Assembly: GCA_963975245.1 (NCBI GenBank)
Contig: CAXBFJ010000009.1
Coordinates: forward strand, 24,048 to 88,047
Reading direction: 5' to 3'
DNA length: 64,000 bases
DNA from: an uncultured Panacagrimonas sp.
GTDB taxonomy: Bacteria; Pseudomonadota; Gammaproteobacteria; Nevskiales; Nevskiaceae
In this document: in pieces, positions 49,881-58,873 of the stretch
Layout: each line of letters starts with the position of its first letter
Position numbering within the stretch: position 1 is the first letter of the stretch
The notes under the pieces: generated by a model
What the model saw: only the letters and a program-made list of their open reading frames with translations
Told to the model about the DNA's origin: nothing
The model's database searches: none
Made by a program: the position numbers and the translations under genes

Positions 49881-50746
49881 GCCTCAGCCCGTGATGGCCC
49901 GTCTTGCTGCAGAAATTCGGTGGTGAGACGGGCGATGGTTTCAGGCTGATCCAGTGGAATCCAATGCCCGCCGGGAATAACTTCTACCTTGAGGGGGGCG
50001 TTGACGAACCTGCTCGAGCCGCGCATCTGACGTTCTGTGAGATACGCGTCTTGCTGGCTCCAGATGCCCAGAACCGGGCATTGCGCAGCGGGGTAGGTCT
50101 TGAACAGAAGGTCTTTCATGTTGGCGCGGTACAGGTTCAGCGTTGCGGTGAAGCGACCGGGCCGGCGCATGCGCTCCATAACTTCTGAAATTTCTGGATG
50201 CAGGGAGAGCAGTCTGGAAAGACTTGTAGGGCCGTCGCGGAGCATGAGGTACTCGGTAACGCCGCGGAGTTGGAAGAAAAGCGTGTACCAGCCGCGCAAT
50301 TTCTGCTCCAGACCTGCATGAGCATAAGAGCTGGGGTGGCCTACCGACACGGCGACGAGTCGGCTGACGCGCTGCGGAAAATAAATGCTCAGGTACCAGG
50401 CCAGAACTGCGCCCCAGTCGTGACCCACAAGCGCGACTTTGTTGATATTCAGCTGATCAAGTAGGGCGATGAAGTCCGCAGTCACTTCGGACATGCGGTA
50501 GGCAGCGACGCTGCTAGCCATGGCGGAATCGCCGTGACCCACCGTATCGGGCGCAATGCAGCGGTAACCCGCTTCTCGCAGGTGCCCCATCACGCCAGAC
50601 CACATTTCCGCCTTGTCCGGAAATCCATGCAAGAGCAGGACGACAGGCTTGTCCGTGGCCTCAGGGGCGGTGTCCAGATAGGACAGCGACAGACCGCGAT
50701 TCTGGTAGCTCAAACGTGTGAAGTCAGCCATGGAAACCGGGAGCAT
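49877..50746 (-). CDS. epoxide hydrolase-like alpha/beta hydrolase
   Basis: LLHGFPD, GHDWGA (Asp nucleophile), GGHW. Confidence 0.85.
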   Translation of the reverse strand: MLPVSMADFTRLSYQNRGLSLSYLDTAPEATDKPVVLLLHGFPDKAEMWSGVMGHLREAGYRCIAPDTVGHGDSAMASSVAAYRMSEVTADFIALLDQLNINKVALVGHDWGAVLAWYLSIYFPQRVSRLVAVSVGHPSSYAHAGLEQKLRGWYTLFFQLRGVTEYLMLRDGPTSLSRLLSLHPEISEVMERMRRPGRFTATLNLYRANMKDLLFKTYPAAQCPVLGIWSQQDAYLTERQMRGSSRFVNAPLKVEVIPGGHWIPLDQPETIARLTTEFLQQDGPSRAEA

Positions 50747-50782
50747 CTGTTGGAAAATCCTGCTGGCAGGATCAATCAGGAA

Positions 50783-50819
50783 TGTCGGGGCGGTCTGGCA
50801 TGCTCAGGCCGCCCCGACA
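50783..50819 (-). terminator. hairpin downstream of aldehyde dehydrogenase
   Basis: TGTCGGGGCGG / CCGCCCCGACA 11-bp stem just after the 50828 stop. Confidence 0.55.
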
Positions 50820-50827
50820 CGGACCTC

Positions 50828-52252
50828 TTAGTTGGGTAAGCCAGTGATGGACTTCACTTCCATGAAATCCTTCAGGCCATGCAGGCCAGCTTCGCGACCA
50901 TTGCCGGACTGCTTGTAGCCGCCAAACGGCGCACCAGGTGCAGGCATCCAGGAGTTGATGATGACCATGCCGGCACGAAGCCGTGGTGCCACCTTGGCTG
51001 CTTCGGCGGGATCGCCGGAGATGACGGATGACAGGCCGTACTCGGTGTTGTTGGCAATCTCCACGGCTTCGTCGACTGTGTCATAGCTCATCACCGTGAC
51101 GACCGGGCCAAACACCTCTTCGCGTGCAATGCGCATCTTGGGGGTGACGCCGCTGAACAAGGTCGGTTTGATGAAGTAACCCTGACTGACGTTGTCCGGC
51201 AGGCCGACACCGCCGGTTTCCAGAGTTGCACCTTCATCAATGGCCGATTGAATCAGGCCCTGAATCTTGTCGAACTGCGCCTTGTTCACGACCGGGCCAA
51301 TGTGCTCGCCTTCCTGGCTGGGGTCGCCAACCTTGACGCTCTCCACAACGGCCTTGATGAACTGAGCGGCCTGAGCTGCCTGGTCCTTGTGCACCAGTAC
51401 GCGCGTGGGCGAAATGCAGCTCTGTCCGGTGTTGGCCATGACGCCAGATACGGTCGGTGGCAACACTTCTTCGAGCTTGGCACCCGGCAGCACGATGTTG
51501 GGCGTCTTGCCGCCCAGCTCCTGATGAACACGCTTGACCGAATCAGCCGCAGCCTTGGCAATCATGACGCCGGCGCGGGTCGAACCGGTGAAGCTCACCA
51601 TGTCGATATCGGGGTGGCTGGAAATGGCGGCGCCTACGGTCGGGCCATCGCCCTGGACCAGATTGAAAACACCGGGGGGAACGCCGGCTGCGTCCATGAT
51701 TTCCGCCAGAATGGCGGCGTTGCCTGGGCATTCTTCCGAGGGCTTGAGCACCATGGTGTTGCCGCCGGCCAGTGCAGGAGCCACCTTCAGGCAGATCTGG
51801 TTCAGCGGCCAGTTCCACGGCGTGATCATGCCGATGACGCCGATAGGCTCATAGACCACCGAGAAGCCTTCACGTTTTTCAACGAATTCGAAGTTCTTCA
51901 GCGCTTCGGCCGTGCCCATGAATGCACCCAGGCCAATGGGGGCCTGCGCGGCATTGCCGAAGCTGATGGGTGCGCCCATCTCCAGTGCCATCGAACGCGC
52001 GAGATCAGGGATGCGCTTCTGATACTCCTCCACGATGCGGCCCATCAGGGCAAGGCGTTCTTCGCGCGTGGTCTGCGAGAAGCTCTTGAAGGCTTCGCGA
52101 GCGGCAGCCACAGCCTGATCCACATCATCCTGCGTGCCCATGGTGATGCGAGTCGTGGGCGCTTCCGTCGCCGGGTTCACAACGTCATAAGGTTTGCCGC
52201 CTGGTGACGAAACCCATTTTCCATTGATGTATTGCTGTTCGTACTGATCCAT
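50828..52252 (-). CDS. aldehyde dehydrogenase
   Basis: ITPWNWP, FTGSTRAG, QELGGK, GQSC, REEVFGPV. Start trimmed to 52252. Confidence 0.95.
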   Translation of the reverse strand: MDQYEQQYINGKWVSSPGGKPYDVVNPATEAPTTRITMGTQDDVDQAVAAAREAFKSFSQTTREERLALMGRIVEEYQKRIPDLARSMALEMGAPISFGNAAQAPIGLGAFMGTAEALKNFEFVEKREGFSVVYEPIGVIGMITPWNWPLNQICLKVAPALAGGNTMVLKPSEECPGNAAILAEIMDAAGVPPGVFNLVQGDGPTVGAAISSHPDIDMVSFTGSTRAGVMIAKAAADSVKRVHQELGGKTPNIVLPGAKLEEVLPPTVSGVMANTGQSCISPTRVLVHKDQAAQAAQFIKAVVESVKVGDPSQEGEHIGPVVNKAQFDKIQGLIQSAIDEGATLETGGVGLPDNVSQGYFIKPTLFSGVTPKMRIAREEVFGPVVTVMSYDTVDEAVEIANNTEYGLSSVISGDPAEAAKVAPRLRAGMVIINSWMPAPGAPFGGYKQSGNGREAGLHGLKDFMEVKSITGLPN

Positions 52253-52403
52253 CGGTGTCTCTCCAGTCGTTGTAATAAAAAAATCTTGGATTCTGCAGTG
52301 CCCGGCTTGAGGCTCAGGCATATCCAATGCGCTCAAGCCAATTCCTTCCGGGATGTCAGTCATGCAAGCAGAACCAGCGTCCGGTCATGCTCCGCTGGGT
52401 GGT

Positions 52404-52441
52404 CTTGCAGCGCCCCCGGCCGACCAGGGGCGTCCTGCAAG
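52404..52441 (-). terminator. hairpin downstream of pyc
   Basis: CTTGCAG-CGCCCC ... GGGGCG-(TC)-CTGCAAG inverted repeat 25 bp after the pyc stop. Confidence 0.45.
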
Positions 52442-52465
52442 CTTGAAGGCTGACCCGATCAGTGA

Positions 52466-55400
52466 TCAGGCCAGTTCGATCATCAACTCATGTGCATCAA
52501 CCGGCGTGCCGGCCTTGACATGGATGGCCTTGATTGTCGCGTCGCGCGGTGCCGCGATGACGGTTTCCATTTTCATAGCTTCGAGCACGACCAGTGCTTC
52601 TCCCTTTTTGACAGATGCGCCCTCTGCTGCCGCGACACGCACGACCATGCCGGGCATGGGCGCGCCGATCTGATTGGGGTCCTTGTCATCAGCCTTGGGA
52701 CGCATGGCCGTTGCGGTGGCACCGGCTTTGGGCACACGAATCTGGCGCGACTGTCCATTGAGTTCGAAGAAGAGTTTCACTACACCTTCTTCCTCGATCT
52801 CCGTGCTGCCCTGCAGGCGGATCACCAGGGTTTTGCCCTTGTCGATATCCACGCTGATTTCTTCGTGCTCTCGCAAACCGTAGAAGAATGCCGGAGTAGG
52901 CAATTCGGCCAGATCGCCGTAGAGGGTTCGTGCCTTGGCAAAGTCCGAGTACACCTTCGGATAAAGCAGGTAAGAAGACAGGTCGCTGTCGCTGAGCTTG
53001 TAGCCAACAGCTTCCTCGGCCTCGGCGCGTGCGGCTTCCAGATCCACCGGAGGCAGTGTTGCGCCAGGTCGATCTGTCAGCGGCGACTGGCCGTTGAGCA
53101 CTTTCTGTTGCAGGGCCTGCGGCCAGCCATCTGCCGGGAAACCCAGATCACCGCGGAAAAGCTGCACAACGGACTGTGGAAAATCAATTGGGGTGTCGGG
53201 ATCACTGATGTCGTCCGGCGTGAGGTCCTTGCTGACCATGAACAGCGCCAGGTCGCCTACCACCTTTGAACTCGGGGTGACCTTGACGATATCGCCAAAG
53301 AGTTTGTTAACGTCGGCGTAGGCTTTGGAAACGCGCGGCCATTTGGATTCGAGCCCCAGTCCGCGTGCCTGCTCGCGCAGGTTGGTGTACTGGCCGCCCG
53401 GCATTTCGTGGTTGTAGACATCGCCGGTGCCGGAGCGGATATCAGCTTCGAAGGGTGCGTAGTAGCGCCGCACGCCTTCCCAGTAATCCGACAGCTCTCG
53501 CAATGCGCCGAGATCAATCTGCGGGTCACGCGCGCTGCCTTCCAGTGCGGCGGCAATGGAGCCCAGATTGGGTTGCGAGGTCAGTCCGGACATGGCGTCC
53601 AGAGCGCCGTCCACCGCATCGCAACCGGCTTCCACGGCGGCCAGAACGCTGGCTGCTGCGATGCCGCTGGTGTCGTGCGTGTGGAAGTGCAGCGGGATAC
53701 CCACTTCGTTCTTGAGCGCCTTGACCAGTTCGCGCGCAGCGCGTGGCCGGCAAACACCGGCCATGTCCTTGATGCCCAGAATATGCGCGCCGGCTTTCTC
53801 CAGCTGCTTGGCCATATTCACGTAATAGGCCAGGTTGTACTTCGGCCGGCTTTCGTCGAAGAGATCAGCCGTGTAGCAGATGGTGCCCTCACAGACGCCG
53901 CCGGCTTCGAGCACTGCATCCATCGCAACGCGCATGTTCTCGACCCAGTTCAGCGAATCGAAGACGCGGAAGATATCCACGCCGGATTTTGCCGCCTGCT
54001 GGATGAAAAACTTGACCACGTTGTCCGAATAATTGGTGTAGCCCACCGCATTGGCAGAACGCAGCAGCATCTGCAGGGGAATATTCGGAATCGCCTGGCG
54101 CAATGCGGCCAGGCGATCAAAAGGGTCTTCCTTGAGAAAACGCAGCGCGACGTCAAAGGTTGCGCCGCCCCAGCATTCAACGGAGAACAGCTCAGGTGCC
54201 ATGTGCGCGTAGTAGGGCGCAATGATCTGCATGTCCTTGCTGCGCATGCGCGTGGCAAACAGCGACTGGTGTGCGTCGCGCATGGTGGTGTCGGTGAGAC
54301 GGACGCGCTTTTCGTCCTTGAGCCAGTCGGCGAAACCCTTGGGGCCGCGTTCAATCAGGATGTCGCGGGTGCCCTTGGGCGGCGCGCCGTTGACATTCGC
54401 CGACGGCAGGATCGGTGCTTCGAAAGGACCGTCCGGCATTTTCCGGCCTTTCATTTCCGGGTTGCCGTTGACGATGACTTCGCCAATGAAATTGAGCAGC
54501 TTGGTTGCGCGATCCTTGCGCGGTGTGAACTCGAACAACTCCGGCGTGGTGTCAATGAACCGTGTCGTGCATTCGCCGCTGGCAAACAGCGGGTGACGAA
54601 TCACGTTGTCCACGAACATCAGGTTGGTGGCCAGCCCGCGAATGCGGAACTCGGTGAGCGCGCGATGCATGCGCGCAATGGCTTCATCCGAGTCATTGGC
54701 CCAGGCGGTGACTTTCACCAGCAAGGAATCGTAATAAGGGGTGATGACGGCGCCTGCGTATGAAGTGCCGCCATCAAGACGAATGCCGAAACCCGATGGA
54801 CTGCGATATGCAATCAGGCGGCCATAGTCCGGTGTAAAGCCGTTCTCAGGGTCTTCTGTGGTGACGCGGCACTGCAGTGCATGACCATCCAGACGCACAT
54901 CTTCCTGCGCGGGGAGGTGCGAGCCGGGCTCGCCGATGCGAGCACCCTGTGCGACGCGGATCTGTGACTTGACGATGTCCACGCCGGTGACTTCTTCAGT
55001 GACCGTGTGTTCAACCTGTACGCGCGGATTGACTTCAATGAAGTAGAACTTGCCGGTGTCGGCATCCATGAGGAACTCAACCGTTCCTGCATGAGAATAA
55101 TTGACGCTCTTGCACAGGCGGACCGCCGCAGCGCAAAGGTCTTCGCGCTGCTGCTGCGTGAGGTAGGGCGCAGGTGCGCGTTCCACCACCTTCTGGTTGC
55201 GTCGCTGCACCGAGCAATCTCGCTCGAACAGGTGGATGACGTTGCCGTGGCTGTCCCCCAGCACCTGTACCTCAACGTGACGGGCACGCATCACCAGCTT
55301 TTCGAGGTAGCCCTCGTCATTGCCAAATGCCGCTGCGGCTTCGCGACGTGCCGACTCAAGCGCCACCGGCAGCTCATCTTCGGAATGGATGGCGCGCATG

Positions 55401-55906
55401 CCGCGCCCACCGCCGCCCCAGCTTGCCTTGAGCATGACCGGGTAGCCGATTTCCGCCGCGAGCTTTTTGACCTCTTCTACCGGCGTGGGCAGGGTGCCGG
55501 TTGCCGGCAGGATGGGCACGTCGGCTGCAATGGCGGCGGCGCGAGCGGCAACCTTGTCGCCAAGGGAGCGCAGCACTTCAGGAGAGGGCCCGATGAACTT
55601 GATTCCTGCCGCCGCGCAGGCTTCAGCGAAATTGGGGTTTTCCGACAGGAAGCCATAGCCGGGATGAATGGCATCGACGTGGGCTTCTGTGGCAATGCGG
55701 ATGATGTCCGCGATATCCAGATAGGCAGCGATGGGCTTCTGGCCCTGTCCAACGAGATAGCTTTCGTCAGCCTTGAATCTGTGCAGTGCGAAGCGATCTT
55801 CGTGCGCGTAGATCGCAATGGTCTTGATGCCCATTTCAGCTGCAGCGCGCATGACGCGGATGGAGATTTCGCCGCGATTGGCGACCAGCAGTTTTTTGAT
55901 CTGCAT
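52466..55906 (-). CDS. pyc: pyruvate carboxylase, single-chain
   Basis: LVANRGE biotin carboxylase, DTTMRDAHQSLFATR and ECWGGATFD carboxyltransferase, EAMKM biotinyl site, all in one 1146-aa chain. Confidence 0.97.
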   Translation of the reverse strand: MQIKKLLVANRGEISIRVMRAAAEMGIKTIAIYAHEDRFALHRFKADESYLVGQGQKPIAAYLDIADIIRIATEAHVDAIHPGYGFLSENPNFAEACAAAGIKFIGPSPEVLRSLGDKVAARAAAIAADVPILPATGTLPTPVEEVKKLAAEIGYPVMLKASWGGGGRGMRAIHSEDELPVALESARREAAAAFGNDEGYLEKLVMRARHVEVQVLGDSHGNVIHLFERDCSVQRRNQKVVERAPAPYLTQQQREDLCAAAVRLCKSVNYSHAGTVEFLMDADTGKFYFIEVNPRVQVEHTVTEEVTGVDIVKSQIRVAQGARIGEPGSHLPAQEDVRLDGHALQCRVTTEDPENGFTPDYGRLIAYRSPSGFGIRLDGGTSYAGAVITPYYDSLLVKVTAWANDSDEAIARMHRALTEFRIRGLATNLMFVDNVIRHPLFASGECTTRFIDTTPELFEFTPRKDRATKLLNFIGEVIVNGNPEMKGRKMPDGPFEAPILPSANVNGAPPKGTRDILIERGPKGFADWLKDEKRVRLTDTTMRDAHQSLFATRMRSKDMQIIAPYYAHMAPELFSVECWGGATFDVALRFLKEDPFDRLAALRQAIPNIPLQMLLRSANAVGYTNYSDNVVKFFIQQAAKSGVDIFRVFDSLNWVENMRVAMDAVLEAGGVCEGTICYTADLFDESRPKYNLAYYVNMAKQLEKAGAHILGIKDMAGVCRPRAARELVKALKNEVGIPLHFHTHDTSGIAAASVLAAVEAGCDAVDGALDAMSGLTSQPNLGSIAAALEGSARDPQIDLGALRELSDYWEGVRRYYAPFEADIRSGTGDVYNHEMPGGQYTNLREQARGLGLESKWPRVSKAYADVNKLFGDIVKVTPSSKVVGDLALFMVSKDLTPDDISDPDTPIDFPQSVVQLFRGDLGFPADGWPQALQQKVLNGQSPLTDRPGATLPPVDLEAARAEAEEAVGYKLSDSDLSSYLLYPKVYSDFAKARTLYGDLAELPTPAFFYGLREHEEISVDIDKGKTLVIRLQGSTEIEEEGVVKLFFELNGQSRQIRVPKAGATATAMRPKADDKDPNQIGAPMPGMVVRVAAAEGASVKKGEALVVLEAMKMETVIAAPRDATIKAIHVKAGTPVDAHELMIELA

Positions 55907-56022
55907 CGTGTTCCAGTCTCGTTTCAATTCAATCGAATGCTTCGGTTCATGCTCGGGGCATGCCGTAGGTTGCGCTCATCCTATTGGATGCAGCCGATGA
56001 ACGCACCGTGAAAAAGGTGGGG

Positions 56023-56739
56023 CTAGCCATCACGAGCAAGGATCGCAAGCCCCTCCAGGACCATGTGCGGGCGGTATTCCCAGGGCTCACTCAGTAGCGG
56101 CTGCAGCGTGCTGGCGTCGCCGCCGCCGATGAAGCGACGCGCGCCGGGTGCGCGTGAGGCCAGTAACTCCAAAACGCCAAGACAGGACAGCATGGCCCCC
56201 TGGCGCACGCAGGATTCGGTGTCCAGGCCCAGCCCGGCGTGCGCGTCCTGCACGGTTTCGCGTGTCTCGAATCGGGTTGCACCGAGTAATGCGGATTCGG
56301 ATGTGCTCAGGCCGGCTGCAATCACGCCGCCCTGATGCTGCCCTTGTTCGTTGAGAACATCGACGGTCAACGCAGTGCCCGCGTCGGCAACGATGCATGA
56401 TCCCTGGCTCAGCTCGAAGCAGGCGATCATGGCCAGCCAGCGGTCAATGCCCAGCCGCTGTGCTTCGGCGTAGGCGCTGATCACAGGGCCAAACTGTTTT
56501 TGTGAGCGCGCCCAATTTGGCCGCATCTGCCAGCGCGCGGTACAGGCTTCGGCGATCGCTGCGTCCTGCGCCTGACCCGCGACACTGGAAATCCAGATCG
56601 CTGCAGGCTTTTCAGTGGGCAGGCTGAGCAGGGCCTGCGCAGGTTCGCCTTTATGTGCCAGATATTCGACCGCAGTGATGTCGCGTCCTTTCAGGACCGT
56701 CCATTTGATGCGCGAATTGCCGACGTCGATGAGCAGCAT
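56023..56739 (-). CDS. coaX: type III pantothenate kinase
   Basis: LLIDVGNSRIKW, LGIDRW, ADAGTALTVD; start overlaps the birA stop. Confidence 0.93.
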   Translation of the reverse strand: MLLIDVGNSRIKWTVLKGRDITAVEYLAHKGEPAQALLSLPTEKPAAIWISSVAGQAQDAAIAEACTARWQMRPNWARSQKQFGPVISAYAEAQRLGIDRWLAMIACFELSQGSCIVADAGTALTVDVLNEQGQHQGGVIAAGLSTSESALLGATRFETRETVQDAHAGLGLDTESCVRQGAMLSCLGVLELLASRAPGARRFIGGGDASTLQPLLSEPWEYRPHMVLEGLAILARDG

Positions 56740-57719
56740 CAGCCTGGTCGCAGGGAGACGTCGCCGGCGTGGACTTCCCGCAGGCCATCGGCGGTTTCGA
56801 TGCAAAAGGCGCCGTCACTGTTGATGCCGCGACCGATGCCGCGCAGCGAGGGTTGGTCGGGCACCTGAACCGGGCGATCACGCAGGGCATCAAGTTCGCA
56901 CCAGTGGCTCAGATAGGGTGCGAATCCGGTTTGCTCGTAACGGACCAGACAGCGGCACAGTCTGGGCAGCAACTCGCAGGCCAGCCGGGTCAGGGTGATG
57001 GGTGATTTTTCGATGCGGTGCAGGCCCTCATTCACCGTGGTCCAGGGTTGATCCACCTGCGCGGCTTGAGCCGCCTGCATCGACACATTGATGCCGATGC
57101 CCACGATCACGCGGCACGCGCCGCCGGCTTCGCCAAATTGTTCAATCAGGATGCCGCCCAGTTTGCGCTGATCCAGCCACAGATCGTTTGGCCACTTGAG
57201 CCGCACGGTGTCCAGACCCAGGGCCTGCAGCGCTTGGGCGCAAACCACGCCGACGGCCAGTGACAGACTCGGCAGCTGATGCGGCCAGAGCGCGAAATTC
57301 CAGGCCACGGAGGCATACAGGTTGGCGGCAAACGGTGATTGCCAGTTCCGGCCACGGCGACCGCGGCCGGAACTCTGGTGTTCGGCGAGCAGAACCTGCG
57401 GGTCTCGTGCTGAACCAGATGCCGCGAGCACGCCATTGGTGGAGTCCAGCAGCGGCTCGACCTGAAGGCTGATGCCCGCAGGCAAAGATGCGCGAATCCG
57501 CTCCGCATCCAGGCGCTCAAGTGGCTCACGCAGCCGATAACCGAGGCCGGAGCGCGTCTCGATATCCAGGCCCCATTCGCGCAGATGCGCCATGCGCTTG
57601 GCCAATCCGGCGCGGGTAATGCCGGATTGCGCCGCCAGCTCCTCGCCGGACTGCCACTGACCGGATGCCAGGACATCCACCAGTTTGAGCAGGGCAGTGG
57701 AATCTATCGCTCGAGCCAT
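56739..57719 (-). CDS. birA: bifunctional biotin ligase/repressor
   Basis: N-terminal HTH, QSSGRGRRGR, KWPND, KLGGIL, GIGIN. Confidence 0.95.
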   Translation of the reverse strand: MARAIDSTALLKLVDVLASGQWQSGEELAAQSGITRAGLAKRMAHLREWGLDIETRSGLGYRLREPLERLDAERIRASLPAGISLQVEPLLDSTNGVLAASGSARDPQVLLAEHQSSGRGRRGRNWQSPFAANLYASVAWNFALWPHQLPSLSLAVGVVCAQALQALGLDTVRLKWPNDLWLDQRKLGGILIEQFGEAGGACRVIVGIGINVSMQAAQAAQVDQPWTTVNEGLHRIEKSPITLTRLACELLPRLCRCLVRYEQTGFAPYLSHWCELDALRDRPVQVPDQPSLRGIGRGINSDGAFCIETADGLREVHAGDVSLRPG

Positions 57720-58345
57720 CGTCCGATGAGTCTCAGTTTTTCGAAGCGGTTTTCGGTTCCGCTCATCAGGCGCGCAATATTCTCGCGGTGTTTGAATACG
57801 ATGAGCGCGGCCATGAAAGCGGTAAAGGCGCCGGCGCTGGACAGCGCACCTTGTGCATCAAAGCAGGCGACGTACAGGCCCGCCAGCGCAGCGGCGAACA
57901 GCGTGGCCAGGCTGACATAGCCGCTGAGCATCACCACCAGGACGAACCCCAGCAGCATGGCCGGCAATGCGGCGGGTAGCAGTGCGCCGAAAACACCGGC
58001 CAAAGTTGCTACGCCCTTGCCGCCCTTGAAGCCCCACAAGGCGGGATAACAGTGACCCAGGGTGACGGCAGCGCCGCAGACATAGGCCAGATGCTCGGGT
58101 GAGACGGACGCCGATCCGAGCGGCAGCAGCGGTACCAGCAGCGCACCCGCGATGCCCTTGCCCACATCAATCAGCAGGACCAGCACGGCGAAGCCCTTGC
58201 CTTGGGTGCGTAGCGCATTGGTGGCGCCCACGTTGCCGCTGCCGACCTGGCCCAGGTCGATGCCGCGCAAGCGCCCGACAATATGACCGCCCATGATGTT
58301 GCCGAGCAGATAGGCCAGCAGTGCCTTGAGCAGAAGCTCTGTCAT
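57704..58345 (-). CDS. plsY: glycerol-3-phosphate acyltransferase
   Basis: GSGNVGATNALR, DVGKG, GHCYP, FKGGKGVAT, HRENI. Confidence 0.95.
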   Translation of the reverse strand: MTELLLKALLAYLLGNIMGGHIVGRLRGIDLGQVGSGNVGATNALRTQGKGFAVLVLLIDVGKGIAGALLVPLLPLGSASVSPEHLAYVCGAAVTLGHCYPALWGFKGGKGVATLAGVFGALLPAALPAMLLGFVLVVMLSGYVSLATLFAAALAGLYVACFDAQGALSSAGAFTAFMAALIVFKHRENIARLMSGTENRFEKLRLIGRWLER

Positions 58346-58349
58346 GGTC

Positions 58350-58721
58350 TCAGGCCGGCACGTGGCTGGTGGTCACGTCTGCAATCAGTCGCTGATCGGC
58401 ACCGGTCACGGTGGTTCGCACCACACTCAGTCTGCGGCCGCGTTTGACGAACTCCGATGTCGCGCGGAAAACGCCGTCTTTCTGGTTGCCGAGCAGTTTG
58501 GCATCGAGGCTGATGGCCAGTGGAAAACCTTGCGCTCCGGGGGTCATCTCTTTACCCCCAAAGGCCAGCACGGTGGCGCAGACGTCGGCAAACCACAGGA
58601 TGGCACCAGCGTGAGCGGTACCAAAAGGGTTGAGAATGCCTTGCGTTACCGGCATTTCGCCAACGACGCGGGTTTCAGATTGCTCGGTGACTGAAAATTT
58701 GATGTTGCCGTCGACATGCAT
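58350..58721 (-). CDS. PaaI-family hotdog-fold thioesterase
   Basis: NPFGTAHAGA..FAD, GRRLSV motif. Confidence 0.85.
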   Translation of the reverse strand: MHVDGNIKFSVTEQSETRVVGEMPVTQGILNPFGTAHAGAILWFADVCATVLAFGGKEMTPGAQGFPLAISLDAKLLGNQKDGVFRATSEFVKRGRRLSVVRTTVTGADQRLIADVTTSHVPA

Positions 58722-58873
58722 GGTCTTGGTCTATCTGGGTGCGGGCGCGGCCTGTATCACGCGCTGCGCAATGTGAGCAGCGCCTGGCATGGGTCCGCTG
58801 ATGATGGTGGATGCCTTCAAGTGTAGCGAGCACGCGGCGTCGGGTCGCGGTCCGCAGGTCTTGCGCGGGCTGG

